This document shows positions 55,558 through 64,000 of a stretch of 64,000 nt of DNA, piece by piece. Each line of letters begins with the position of its first letter. The stretch's first letter is position 1. The notes beneath the pieces were generated by a model that made no database searches, had not been told where the DNA came from, and saw only the letters and a program-made list of their open reading frames with translations. Location of the stretch: the IMG/VR virus record IMGVR_UViG_3300027419_000023. The stretch is one strand, 5' to 3'. Position numbers and translations under genes: made by a program. The DNA is from a virus.

Positions 55558-57072
55558 TTAGAAACACGGGGTCCATCCGCCATAACAAGCCCAGCCATCA
55601 ATTGGAGGTATGCAGATGATAGTACATGGTATATCAGCAGTTGCTGTAAAATTTACGGTAGTTGGAGTAACATAATTTATTGCGCAGGTGCCGCCTGTTC
55701 CGCATGATGCCGAAACTCCACCGGGACAGCAAGCTTCTCCAAGTGTATTTTTCATGTCAATGGAAATGGATTCTGCGCTACCAGTCGGAGTTTCAACTAC
55801 GGTCACTATGCTACCCGGAGGAGCAGTAGTACCATCAGTTGAACAACTACATGCATGATGACGGCAAGTACCGTCAATTTGCAGGTCTCCGGTCACATGA
55901 GTTAGTGGTGTAGAACATTTAACTTTGGTATTAGCAACTATTTCAATATCGTTGGTGCCATTCAATGTAATTTTATTAGACGGACCATCTAAGGTTATAA
56001 TGGAACTATCGCTGTTTGCAGATAATTCTATTATTCCAGACTTGTAGCATCTTATATAGGAATCAGTAGGAAAATTCATTAACTCGTATGCCCATGTGAC
56101 TTGAGTATCTGCAGTACGAGTTGCTGCGAATCTAACTCCTTGAGATTCATTGCATAATTGTAAGGCTTCATGATCGGTGTGAAGATCAAAAGTGCCAGCT
56201 CCATTAGCACCATATCGATCTCCTTGTACATTGAAATGGAATCGTTGATCATTCTCAGTCAATGAATTACCTAGGCGTATATGACCAATTTCTTCGGAAT
56301 ATTCGCTGGAAGCTGTACCTGCTGGATTTTCATCGTCGGATTCGAATCGTAAGTAAGAACCACATCTTCCATGCCATTCCATGCGGCTATTGTACGCTTC
56401 TAGAGATTCTGTTTTCGTTGAATACTGTTTAAACCACTGTTCTCCGCTGCGTGGTACAGAGTCAATTATTTCGCATAGTCGGCAGGTTGGTTCAGCATCA
56501 CCCATCTGACAGTCCCAGACAAACATTTCGTCACGGCCCTTGCCGCCAGCAGCTCCTGTTACAGGTCCATGGAATAATTTGCGACAGATTGGCATTTTGC
56601 CTTGGAGATGGTCCTTGTAGTCCATGTTTTTGTCCTCATACGGACGTAACCATTGGCACCATTTCCAGACTTCGTCGTACATTGCGTCCTGGGACGTAGG
56701 AGCACGGAACGGTGGAGTCTGATAAGTGGTGTTAACTGGCCCCAGAATTATAGGTTGAGTATTATATAAAAATAATACTAAAACAAGATCGCCTACTCTA
56801 GGAGTCCAAGGATGTCCAAAACAATTTCCGGTAAAATCCTGTATTACGACCTCATAAACATGCTGCAATTTTTTGGGATCTACGTCTTTTTTAGCATTTC
56901 GTACTTTAACCGTGACTGTATTATAATATTCTGGATGGTCTGGACTGTGACATTGCACTCCGGGCCTACCAAATTTGTCGACTTCGACTATGGTACAATA
57001 CTCAACCTTAAAGAGATTTTGCATCCAACGTTGGACGCTATTTCCCATGGAGGTCATTGGGCCAGATGGCAT
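55558..57072 (-). CDS. Baseplate central spike (gpV/Gp5-like) with Cys-rich C-terminal extension
   Basis: PRVGDLVLVLF OB-fold; beta-repeat region; VTGDLQIDG..HH. Confidence 0.75.
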   Translation of the reverse strand: MPSGPMTSMGNSVQRWMQNLFKVEYCTIVEVDKFGRPGVQCHSPDHPEYYNTVTVKVRNAKKDVDPKKLQHVYEVVIQDFTGNCFGHPWTPRVGDLVLVLFLYNTQPIILGPVNTTYQTPPFRAPTSQDAMYDEVWKWCQWLRPYEDKNMDYKDHLQGKMPICRKLFHGPVTGAAGGKGRDEMFVWDCQMGDAEPTCRLCEIIDSVPRSGEQWFKQYSTKTESLEAYNSRMEWHGRCGSYLRFESDDENPAGTASSEYSEEIGHIRLGNSLTENDQRFHFNVQGDRYGANGAGTFDLHTDHEALQLCNESQGVRFAATRTADTQVTWAYELMNFPTDSYIRCYKSGIIELSANSDSSIITLDGPSNKITLNGTNDIEIVANTKVKCSTPLTHVTGDLQIDGTCRHHACSCSTDGTTAPPGSIVTVVETPTGSAESISIDMKNTLGEACCPGGVSASCGTGGTCAINYVTPTTVNFTATADIPCTIICIPPIDGWACYGGWTPCF

Positions 57073-57504
57073 TTAGTCCACCAGCCCGAAGTACTTGCAA
57101 CGTCTAGCAATTGCCTTTAGCATAGAGTACGGCATTTCGACATACTTTCGTGAGAAATCTTTGCCTTCAACTAACATCCAGAATTTGTGGTTTTCGAACT
57201 TCACGTTAAGGTGATGGGCTATAACATATTCGATAAATTCTTCGTCTGTCATACCAGTATCAGAGGAATTTTCTAGGACTTCAGTTGTCAACGGATTTGG
57301 AGTAACTTCTTCTTGTTCAGACCACTTTCGATCAGCAGCATCCCGAAATTCAATAGCAATACGTACTGGAAGTTCTGATAAATCGAAATGATCATAATGA
57401 TCGGAATTTGTTTTAGCTCTAACTATGTTACCTGATTTATCGCAACGATAGACCCAGGTAGTCGTAGCATCGCCATAAAATGAATATAGGAAATTGTCGC
57501 TCAT
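57073..57504 (-). CDS. Hypothetical virion-module protein
   Basis: Coupled between hub and spike. Confidence 0.6.
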   Translation of the reverse strand: MSDNFLYSFYGDATTTWVYRCDKSGNIVRAKTNSDHYDHFDLSELPVRIAIEFRDAADRKWSEQEEVTPNPLTTEVLENSSDTGMTDEEFIEYVIAHHLNVKFENHKFWMLVEGKDFSRKYVEMPYSMLKAIARRCKYFGLVD

Positions 57505-59189
57505 TAGTACATCGACTTCCAGTTGGGAGAGCTTTGGTTGTTTGCACTTTCAATGTTTTTAATTTGCTCAGCGAAATGACTGGTAACTTCTGCTGGAGTA
57601 CTTCCATATTCCGAATATTGTAAGAATGTTTGTAAACTATTACCAGACTGACCATACAACCATCGACCATTTCTAAAAACAGCTTGCCAGACTTGGCCAT
57701 CTAAAGCAGTATATTCATCAGTTTGTAGCGTAACATCGCCTTCTTCTGCCGTCAGTTCGTTGCCATGATTTACGTCTATGCGAGCTACTTCCAAATGGGA
57801 AATTATACCAGCGGAACTGTATTCGACTTCTTTCTTGCGAACTCCTCCGTAAATCCATGTAAGTTCTCCAGTTATCAAGTCAGGTACTTGGAATAAGACT
57901 AATCCAAAAATCTTTGGTATTCGATTAGCAACAACTACTTTTATATCTCGGTCAATATATTGTTTAAAATTTTCGTCTGCTATTTCGGTTTCGATATCTA
58001 CTTGAACAGAAGTTAAGTTAGGATCGTGAATGATATCTGCTTCTATCCTACCATACTTGCTAATACTTTCTAGATCTTCATATACGGAAAAGATTTCGTC
58101 TTTTACAGGCGTCGGAATTGCCCGTAGTGTTGGATCTAATTTCGTGGTTCCTGCTATAGCCGTTACTAGATTAGCATGTCCAAATATAGTCGAAGTATCC
58201 GCGGGTTCAATTACATATGGATCCAAGAACATTGTTTCCGTATATGATTCTGGATCTGTCATTACGAGATAAACATTATCCTCGAAATCGTGTCCGAAAT
58301 AGAAACTTTCCTGATTGTCCTGTGCTATGTGACGTAGAGATTCATTTCCAGATAGATCAGAAGGAGTAAAATCTTGCTTTATGAGTTGGGAAACATTTTG
58401 CTTGAGATTAAGGATCTTAATATCCTTTTCTGTTATTTCGTTAATCTTATCAATAGTATCCTGCATTTTTGTTTCGTAGCCGTCGTCAGGTGACCAGGTT
58501 TCGTCATCAAATGATCCAGCTGCTTCAATAGAGATACATCCGAATGTCACTGTAGCAACCTCATTATTATATTTGGCGTCTGACATGAAGCCCTGGAATA
58601 TCATGTAGGTACTGGTTTCAACTCCATTATCGGTATTGTAATCTATAGCTGCTTGCGACCATATGCTTGTTACGCGCGGAACCCATTCATAATTGGATAT
58701 CTTTTTACCATACTTTTGATAGTTGTTGTTAAGGGTGACTACACAGGAGGCTTGTTCGTTGCCTTCGTCATAACCCGAAGCCATAGTCGCAGTGATACTA
58801 ATAATGTCTTTGGAAACAATATCTCCGCCAATTACAGTATATGTTCGAATACCCTGACCTAATCCGGAATTATTGTCGGCGATAGGGTCTTCATCATCGG
58901 GTGCCGTAGTAATCGGTTCAGTTGAAGTTGGATCCTTTTCGTCGATGAGATTCGTGGTACCCCAGGTAAGCAAAGCCATCTTTAGGGCCACCGGAGGAGT
59001 TTCTTCGTTTGCTAAATATTCTTGGTATTGCTGGATTTCCTCATATAAATGATTGTAACCTTGTTTATACCATTCGCTTAGTTTGTCGTTGCTCTCTTCC
59101 GGAGCATTAGGACAGAATAACGTTATGACGGTACCTGGATATTCCGCAGGATGGGCTTCCAAATATTCTGGAATCGTCCATAAAACCAT
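57504..59189 (-). CDS. Baseplate hub / tail protein (gpD/gp27-like)
   Basis: Position; IFQGF..D, L..IA, D.ESI.KYG. Confidence 0.7.
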   Translation of the reverse strand: MVLWTIPEYLEAHPAEYPGTVITLFCPNAPEESNDKLSEWYKQGYNHLYEEIQQYQEYLANEETPPVALKMALLTWGTTNLIDEKDPTSTEPITTAPDDEDPIADNNSGLGQGIRTYTVIGGDIVSKDIISITATMASGYDEGNEQASCVVTLNNNYQKYGKKISNYEWVPRVTSIWSQAAIDYNTDNGVETSTYMIFQGFMSDAKYNNEVATVTFGCISIEAAGSFDDETWSPDDGYETKMQDTIDKINEITEKDIKILNLKQNVSQLIKQDFTPSDLSGNESLRHIAQDNQESFYFGHDFEDNVYLVMTDPESYTETMFLDPYVIEPADTSTIFGHANLVTAIAGTTKLDPTLRAIPTPVKDEIFSVYEDLESISKYGRIEADIIHDPNLTSVQVDIETEIADENFKQYIDRDIKVVVANRIPKIFGLVLFQVPDLITGELTWIYGGVRKKEVEYSSAGIISHLEVARIDVNHGNELTAEEGDVTLQTDEYTALDGQVWQAVFRNGRWLYGQSGNSLQTFLQYSEYGSTPAEVTSHFAEQIKNIESANNQSSPNWKSMY

Positions 59190-59191
59190 CT

Positions 59192-59587
59192 TTAGTCATC
59201 CCTTTCTTTGAGTTTCATAGAGCAATTGAAATAGTAATCGTTTCTTCCTTCTTCTCCAGTAGCTGAAAACGATTCAATATACATATACATAGATTTAAAA
59301 GGAGTTCGGAAATAATACGGACCTACATTATCAACTAGTTTTTGTATTTGTTGGACCCTTTCATTAGTGACTACCACAAATTCCATATCACATTTCCATA
59401 AGGTTTTTTTGGAAGTACGACATGTTTTATGAGCTGGCCAAGGAATTTCATGTGTCTTAATTATATTTTCTTTTGACCACGTTATTCTCTTAGGATTTGG
59501 CTGACCAGATGGAATATAACCATCACTATCAGCTGCTTTTATTTCCTCATTGAAGGTATAACTGCCTAGTACTATGTCAAATGCCAT
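59192..59587 (-). CDS. Tail-tube initiator / distal tail-like protein
   Basis: After tape measure; LG.Y.F, NP..I, HEIP, YIESF..Y...M.L.E. Confidence 0.6.
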   Translation of the reverse strand: MAFDIVLGSYTFNEEIKAADSDGYIPSGQPNPKRITWSKENIIKTHEIPWPAHKTCRTSKKTLWKCDMEFVVVTNERVQQIQKLVDNVGPYYFRTPFKSMYMYIESFSATGEEGRNDYYFNCSMKLKERDD

Positions 59588-59616
59588 TTCTTATCTTTCC
59601 TATAGTTATTATTATT

Positions 59617-62163
59617 TTAGTATGCACCGTATGTTCGGATACATTTCCCTATGATGTTCTTTACCGCTCGTTCGAACGCGAAATCGTCTAAATAACGGCC
59701 ATTATTAGAACTATTATTAGCATTGTATTCCATTTGCACGATGATGGTCGGACTGCTTTCTTTGTTGGTTACGGTATTCGAAGATAAATCCTCTAGCAAC
59801 GATATTAAATTAGAATCCCGGGCAACTTCAGCCGGCACAATAGGTTCTCCATTATCGACCCATGCCATACCAGACTTTGTAACTTCGCCTCCGATTGCGT
59901 TCTTAGTAATATAATTATAGAGATTTTTTCCGCCGCTGTAAAGAGATTTAGCTCCTGTAACAAACGGAGTCATTACTGACCAATCAGCAGCTGCGGTACC
60001 GGAGAGTCCTTTGTCTAAATTTTCTTGCGTTTTCTTGGTACGTTCTGAAGTATCTTCTTCAAGTCCTGTTTTTATGCCAGATGCTAAGGCGTCTGCTGAT
60101 CCAGATGGGCTAATACCGCCGGTTAGCACACCCTTCGGTTTATTTAGTGAATCTGCGATTTTCTTAACTTCTTCTTTCATAGATTCTGTTATGCCTAAAG
60201 CAGTAGACATTTCAGGAGTTACTGATTTGTCTCCGGTAGCGTATTTTGCTAAGTAATCTATTTGTTCGGGTGACAATCCTCGGAGAGACGTACCTGGATT
60301 TGCACCGAAAGCATAATCCTCGACACGTTTAGAAATTTCGGTGCTAACAGCTTCGGTAAGTGCGGAACCAGTCTTTCCTTCGCCTCCGATAAGATAGGAT
60401 ACTAACTTTTCAACCCAGTCCCAGATAGCTTTCAGTGGCGCATAAACATACTTGTAAAATATTCCAGAAAGGTATTCTACGAATTCTCGTACTTTCTTTA
60501 GCAAGTCCCTTATCTGCTCGGCAAAGTCAATTAATTTATATAGGGGAACTCCAAGTAGCCGTATTATCGTAGTTATGAAGCTGGTACCAGAAAATATTTC
60601 GCTTAGTGCTCCTTTTATTCCGCTAGCACTAAAGTCCCATTTGATGGAGGGTAACTTGATGTCGGTTAGAGTTTTCCAAGCTCCGGCAAAATCTCCGGAG
60701 ATAGCTTTCTTGAACGAATTAATTATAGGTTGCAGTATGCCAAATTTATTTGCAATGAGTGCTAGGACTCCGACAATCAATGCTCCAGCCGCAATAAAAG
60801 GTAGCAACGGAGTTAGAGCAGCCCAAATACCAGTTGCTAGACCATATGCCCCTATTGTTGCGACTCCTTCAGCACTGGCTAGTCCTAATAAGCTAGAAAT
60901 TCCAAGGAAGTTAGCCGCACTATTTGCGTAAGTTACTGTGGTATCCCATATTTTAGCGCCTACTAATCTCAGTCTTGTAGCAAGTGACACGTTTTGGGCT
61001 ACGGTAGTTAATTCCGTTACAGCAAATTCGCCTTCCATGGCCCCGGTTAGCATCGCTTGGGCTCCCGCATCTACGACCGTTGCAGAAGCATTACTGGTAT
61101 GAAGTAATGTCTGTATGCCCGTGATAATATTGAGGGCTTTCATTACATTGTATAGTGGTGTTAATACTCCTATTACCAAGCTGAGTGCAGAAGCTAATGC
61201 TAGACTTGCTCCTATTAGTCCAATTAGAGCAGGAAGTCCTGGTATTTTTGAGAGTTTTTCTACAATAACAGCAATTACATTTGTCAAACTGACAAGTGGA
61301 CCAGCAATACTGTCACCAATAGCATACTTTAGTTTACTGACGTTGACTTCTAGTTGCTCCCATGGACGCTTTTCCATTTCAACTTTCATGTTGACGGTAG
61401 CGCCTTGTTCCATGAAGTATTTCATTCTAGCTTTCGCTGATTTCATAGAAGCATCGTCGGGACTAACACCCATAGCAGTTGCGAACTTGGTACCAAAACG
61501 TCCAGACATTTTACCTTCTGTCATTATGGCACGTTGTACCATTTGCTCAGCACTGCCGATGCCTTGTTCTTGCATCATTTCCTGATGCTTGAAGTAGAAA
61601 TCAGTGATAGCGTCAGCTTGACTTAATTTTGTTTCTCCAGTACCTTTGAAAAATTTTGAACCTGCTGTTAGAACAGAATACATTTCTTTAACAGTATCCT
61701 GTTTAGTACCTTCACCTGCTTCTGCTTGTCCTTTCACGAACTTGTCTAGTTCTTCGTAAGATATGCCAAGCTTCCTGTTATTGGTAATTGCTTCCTTTAC
61801 TTGTTCGTTGTATAATTTAGCTTCTGCTGATTGTTTCCATGCTAAGCCAGATAAAGTACCGCCAATTGCAATGCCGGCTAACGACGTGGCCATAGTTTGG
61901 ATGCTGCCTTGGAGGTCAGTTAGTGATGACTTGACGTTCCCGAACGCAGAAGTCATCTTGCTGGTTAGAGATGAGGTGGCCGAAGAAACCCTATCAGTGC
62001 TCCCAGACAACTTATCCATGCTACTAGCGGCTTGAGAAGGTCCACTGGCATCAACTTTCTTGCTGGACAACCCATCTAGTTTTTTATTGATCTCGTCGAT
62101 ACGAGCTTCTGGATTACCAGCTATCTCGACCAAAATTTGTACTGACCTACTATAATCAGAAAT
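59617..62163 (-). CDS. Tail tape measure protein
   Basis: About 850 aa, Ala/Gly-rich helical with hydrophobic middle; C-terminal A.GG.V..G.A.V..GE.IVP; start probably ATT 62163. Confidence 0.88.
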   Translation of the reverse strand: MSDYSRSVQILVEIAGNPEARIDEINKKLDGLSSKKVDASGPSQAASSMDKLSGSTDRVSSATSSLTSKMTSAFGNVKSSLTDLQGSIQTMATSLAGIAIGGTLSGLAWKQSAEAKLYNEQVKEAITNNRKLGISYEELDKFVKGQAEAGEGTKQDTVKEMYSVLTAGSKFFKGTGETKLSQADAITDFYFKHQEMMQEQGIGSAEQMVQRAIMTEGKMSGRFGTKFATAMGVSPDDASMKSAKARMKYFMEQGATVNMKVEMEKRPWEQLEVNVSKLKYAIGDSIAGPLVSLTNVIAVIVEKLSKIPGLPALIGLIGASLALASALSLVIGVLTPLYNVMKALNIITGIQTLLHTSNASATVVDAGAQAMLTGAMEGEFAVTELTTVAQNVSLATRLRLVGAKIWDTTVTYANSAANFLGISSLLGLASAEGVATIGAYGLATGIWAALTPLLPFIAAGALIVGVLALIANKFGILQPIINSFKKAISGDFAGAWKTLTDIKLPSIKWDFSASGIKGALSEIFSGTSFITTIIRLLGVPLYKLIDFAEQIRDLLKKVREFVEYLSGIFYKYVYAPLKAIWDWVEKLVSYLIGGEGKTGSALTEAVSTEISKRVEDYAFGANPGTSLRGLSPEQIDYLAKYATGDKSVTPEMSTALGITESMKEEVKKIADSLNKPKGVLTGGISPSGSADALASGIKTGLEEDTSERTKKTQENLDKGLSGTAAADWSVMTPFVTGAKSLYSGGKNLYNYITKNAIGGEVTKSGMAWVDNGEPIVPAEVARDSNLISLLEDLSSNTVTNKESSPTIIVQMEYNANNSSNNGRYLDDFAFERAVKNIIGKCIRTYGAY

Positions 62164-62176
62164 ATATATCACCTTA

Positions 62177-63103
62177 TTATAATATATGGTTACCGAGTAA
62201 AATTATCTCATAAAGGTCAGTACATATAGGAAAACTTTCTAAATCAATTATATCTTTTTCTCTTATTATTTGTAAATTAATATTAGAATATATGACAAAA
62301 AATATTTCTAATTTTTGCTTCGCTTTTTCGTGCATCCAGCCTTTAACTTCCCACCACATATCTAGTTCAGGAAGATAAAAATCTGGAAGGTAGGTTGTAT
62401 TTAATTCTGGTATATCAAACGTTTTAGATTCGTATTCCCAATGTATTCCTAATTTATCTAACATTGTAGCTACGCGAATTTCGTATGAAGAACGAAGCCA
62501 TATATTATTGCCATCTATTTTTGTATACCAATTTCCTTTCGATTTATAAGTATTATAAGACGGGCCGGGCGGATGTCCTTTCCGTCCACGCAACTTTTGT
62601 TTTTGTTCTTCTGTCCAGCTTTTTCCATACAAAGGATGATCTTTACCTTTTGGAAATACTCGATGAGACATCTTTTCCCTAAAATCAGGATTTTTCCATA
62701 ATTCAGTAAACCTATCAGAAAATCCTTTTTTAACTTCTTCTATATTCGATCTTCGTTTACTAGATATGGATAATTGTTCTGAATAACTTCTGATTGGTAT
62801 ATCAAATTCTTTTAATTGTGTTCTTATTTTATGCGGTGGTAAATGCAAAAGGTTGCTACTTATATGTGTTATAGACAATTGGTCAATATAATATTTTTCA
62901 TATAGCCAGTCATAGTTTTGTAATAGTTTCATAGATTTTTCTATTTCAGATTTATCCTTTCCATTACACGTTGCTCTAGCTGGTAAACCAAAAAACTTTA
63001 ATGCTTTACTAACATCTGTTTGATATACGCCTAATTCGTCTGCTATACTGCTCATGGGACGTTTATTGATTATATATTCAGTTTCTAACCACTCCTTACC
63101 CAT
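62177..63103 (-). CDS. HTH/NUMOD3 + PD-(D/E)XK putative homing endonuclease (copy 5)
   Basis: KEWL..EY, HPLYGK, WLRSSYE, LPDFYLPELDMWWEVKG; frame open to ACG 63148 behind GAGGAG. Confidence 0.8.
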   Translation of the reverse strand: MGKEWLETEYIINKRPMSSIADELGVYQTDVSKALKFFGLPARATCNGKDKSEIEKSMKLLQNYDWLYEKYYIDQLSITHISSNLLHLPPHKIRTQLKEFDIPIRSYSEQLSISSKRRSNIEEVKKGFSDRFTELWKNPDFREKMSHRVFPKGKDHPLYGKSWTEEQKQKLRGRKGHPPGPSYNTYKSKGNWYTKIDGNNIWLRSSYEIRVATMLDKLGIHWEYESKTFDIPELNTTYLPDFYLPELDMWWEVKGWMHEKAKQKLEIFFVIYSNINLQIIREKDIIDLESFPICTDLYEIILLGNHIL

Positions 63104-63190
63104 TTTAATAACTTTATCTATATTTCTTATTATATGTTTATTAGACGTATAATCCGCTCCTCTATTGCATTGATTTAAATAAAAAATTGG

Positions 63191-63475
63191 TTATTTTCCC
63201 TTGTTTACTATGGATAACCAACGTTGCTTGGCACTATCACTACATTTATCGTATTGGAAGTTATCTGGTAGCTTGCCCTTAATCGCATTGATAAATTCTT
63301 TATGACTGTAAGTTCTAGGAGTCTTCTTACCAGATTTAGCTAGTGCGATAATTTCCTGCATTTTGGAAATAGAATCAATTTGCAGGCGTGTTAACTTACC
63401 TACAGGTAAATTACTTATTCGGTATCCACTATAATGGAGCCAGACAAGTTTTTGGCCTTCTGGCCCTTGAAAAAA
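63191..63475 (-). CDS. -1 frameshift extension of the tail assembly chaperone (gpGT-like)
   Basis: T TTT TTC slippery heptamer at 63475-63469 opens FFQGPEGQKLVWLHYSGYRISNLPVGKLTRLQ..NKGK*. Confidence 0.75.
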   Translation of the reverse strand, partial: FFQGPEGQKLVWLHYSGYRISNLPVGKLTRLQIDSISKMQEIIALAKSGKKTPRTYSHKEFINAIKGKLPDNFQYDKCSDSAKQRWLSIVNKGK

Positions 63476-63846
63476 TCCAAGAGTTCTTGACTGCCTACAG
63501 TAGAAATATTAATAACTTCGCGTCCGATTTCGATAAGTGCATTACCTAGCATTAGTTCGAAGACTTCAAGAGTTTTCTTTTTGCCGGGTTCGTCGATATC
63601 GTCGATTTCTATGCGTTCGTGTAGGGCTGGATCTACGATACCGTAGCGACATGCTTCCAATTGCAAAATGTAGTTGTCGGACAACTTCGGATCAGTGGTC
63701 GAAAAACCAGAGTTTTCTACCGTTTTGAAAACTTTAGCAATTTCCAGTTCGCTAAGAGGTTTTATTTCAACGTCCTCGTCATACATAGTCAAGTGAACGT
63801 TCTTTCGGAACTTGGTTCCTTCTAAAATTAATTCTTTTGATATCAT
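63415..63846 (-). CDS. Tail assembly chaperone (gpG-like)
   Basis: Between tail tube and tape measure; V.IKPLS..E, GIVDP, ends near DFF slippery site. Confidence 0.8.
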   Translation of the reverse strand: MISKELILEGTKFRKNVHLTMYDEDVEIKPLSELEIAKVFKTVENSGFSTTDPKLSDNYILQLEACRYGIVDPALHERIEIDDIDEPGKKKTLEVFELMLGNALIEIGREVINISTVGSQELLDFFKGQKAKNLSGSIIVDTE

Positions 63847-63886
63847 ATATGATTTTCCTTGCTTTATTTTATATTATATTTCTTAT

Positions 63887-64000
63887 TTATTTCGGTGTTC
63901 TGTACATTGCACTGAAGGAGTACTTCGTTGAGCACGTTGATCCAACGTTGCCAACACTTAGTGAATCTCCAGTAAGTAGACATCTCTTAAATGTAACGAT
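63887..64000 (-). CDS. C-terminus of probable tail tube protein (partial)
   Basis: IVTFKRCLLTGDSLSVG..TKYSFSA; directly upstream of the chaperone. Confidence 0.6.
   Translation of the reverse strand: MVTFKRCLLTGDSLSVGNVGSTCSTKYSFSAMYRTPK

Larger units (their letters stand above)
1..64000. mobile_element. Segment of a large archaeal head-tail virus genome (contractile tail)
   Basis: Baseplate J, gp25-like, spike, tape measure and tail chaperone genes, plus own PolB/RFC/clamp/RNR; archaeal BRE-TATA promoters; dense small ORFs on one strand. Confidence 0.92.

Noticed and set aside
1177-63728. Most plus-strand ORFs in the track (e.g. 3033-3656, 3761-4249, 13350-13775, 19343-19747, 26702-27061, 60575-62035)
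   Set aside because: They are antisense shadows of well-supported minus-strand genes, with no SD or recognisable motifs.
1-64000. Complete preQ0 pathway (folE, queD, queC) or downstream gat-queC/queF/arcS
   Set aside because: Only queE is recognisable here. The rest may lie outside the window or be supplied by the host archaeosine pathway, so the final modified base cannot be called.
1-64000. Stop-codon reassignment or pyrrolysine readthrough
   Set aside because: Conserved genes are full length in the standard code, and TAG, TGA and TAA all terminate genes at expected positions.

Overview
This window is a 64-kb, AT-rich segment of a large tailed dsDNA archaeal virus with a contractile tail (myovirus-type). 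Almost all genes are on the minus strand. An archaeal, probably methanogen, host is inferred from BRE+TATA promoters, GGAGGTGA-type SD sites, archaeal-type PolB, RFC, sliding clamp, Hpt and dUTPase, an ERCC4 nuclease and an anaerobic NrdD/NrdG. From left to right the window holds: (1) a 7-deazaguanine DNA-modification locus (two tandem TGT/DpdA-like transglycosylases plus QueE) flanking the clamp and clamp-loader genes; (2) nucleotide, replication and recombination genes (exonucleases, HAD nucleotidase, Hpt, PolB, DinG-like helicase, D5-like SF3 helicase, NrdDG, dUTPase, ERCC4, Sak4-like ATPase, putative SSB); (3) many small accessory genes headed by a repeated promoter cassette; (4) the tail/baseplate module (J, gp25-like, beta-helix fibre, spike, hub, tape measure, frameshifting chaperone, end of tail tube). 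The most notable observations are these. Both DpdA paralogues end in clamp-binding (PIP-like) motifs resembling those on PolB and the clamp loader, suggesting replisome-tethered DNA base exchange. There is a separately promoted 65-nt tRNA mimic with no proper anticodon loop. There is a 105-bp AT-rich palindrome (candidate origin), five related NUMOD3/PD-(D/E)XK endonuclease genes, several apparent non-AUG starts, and a relic tail-fibre tip. All family assignments come from motif recognition by eye; no database searches were run.
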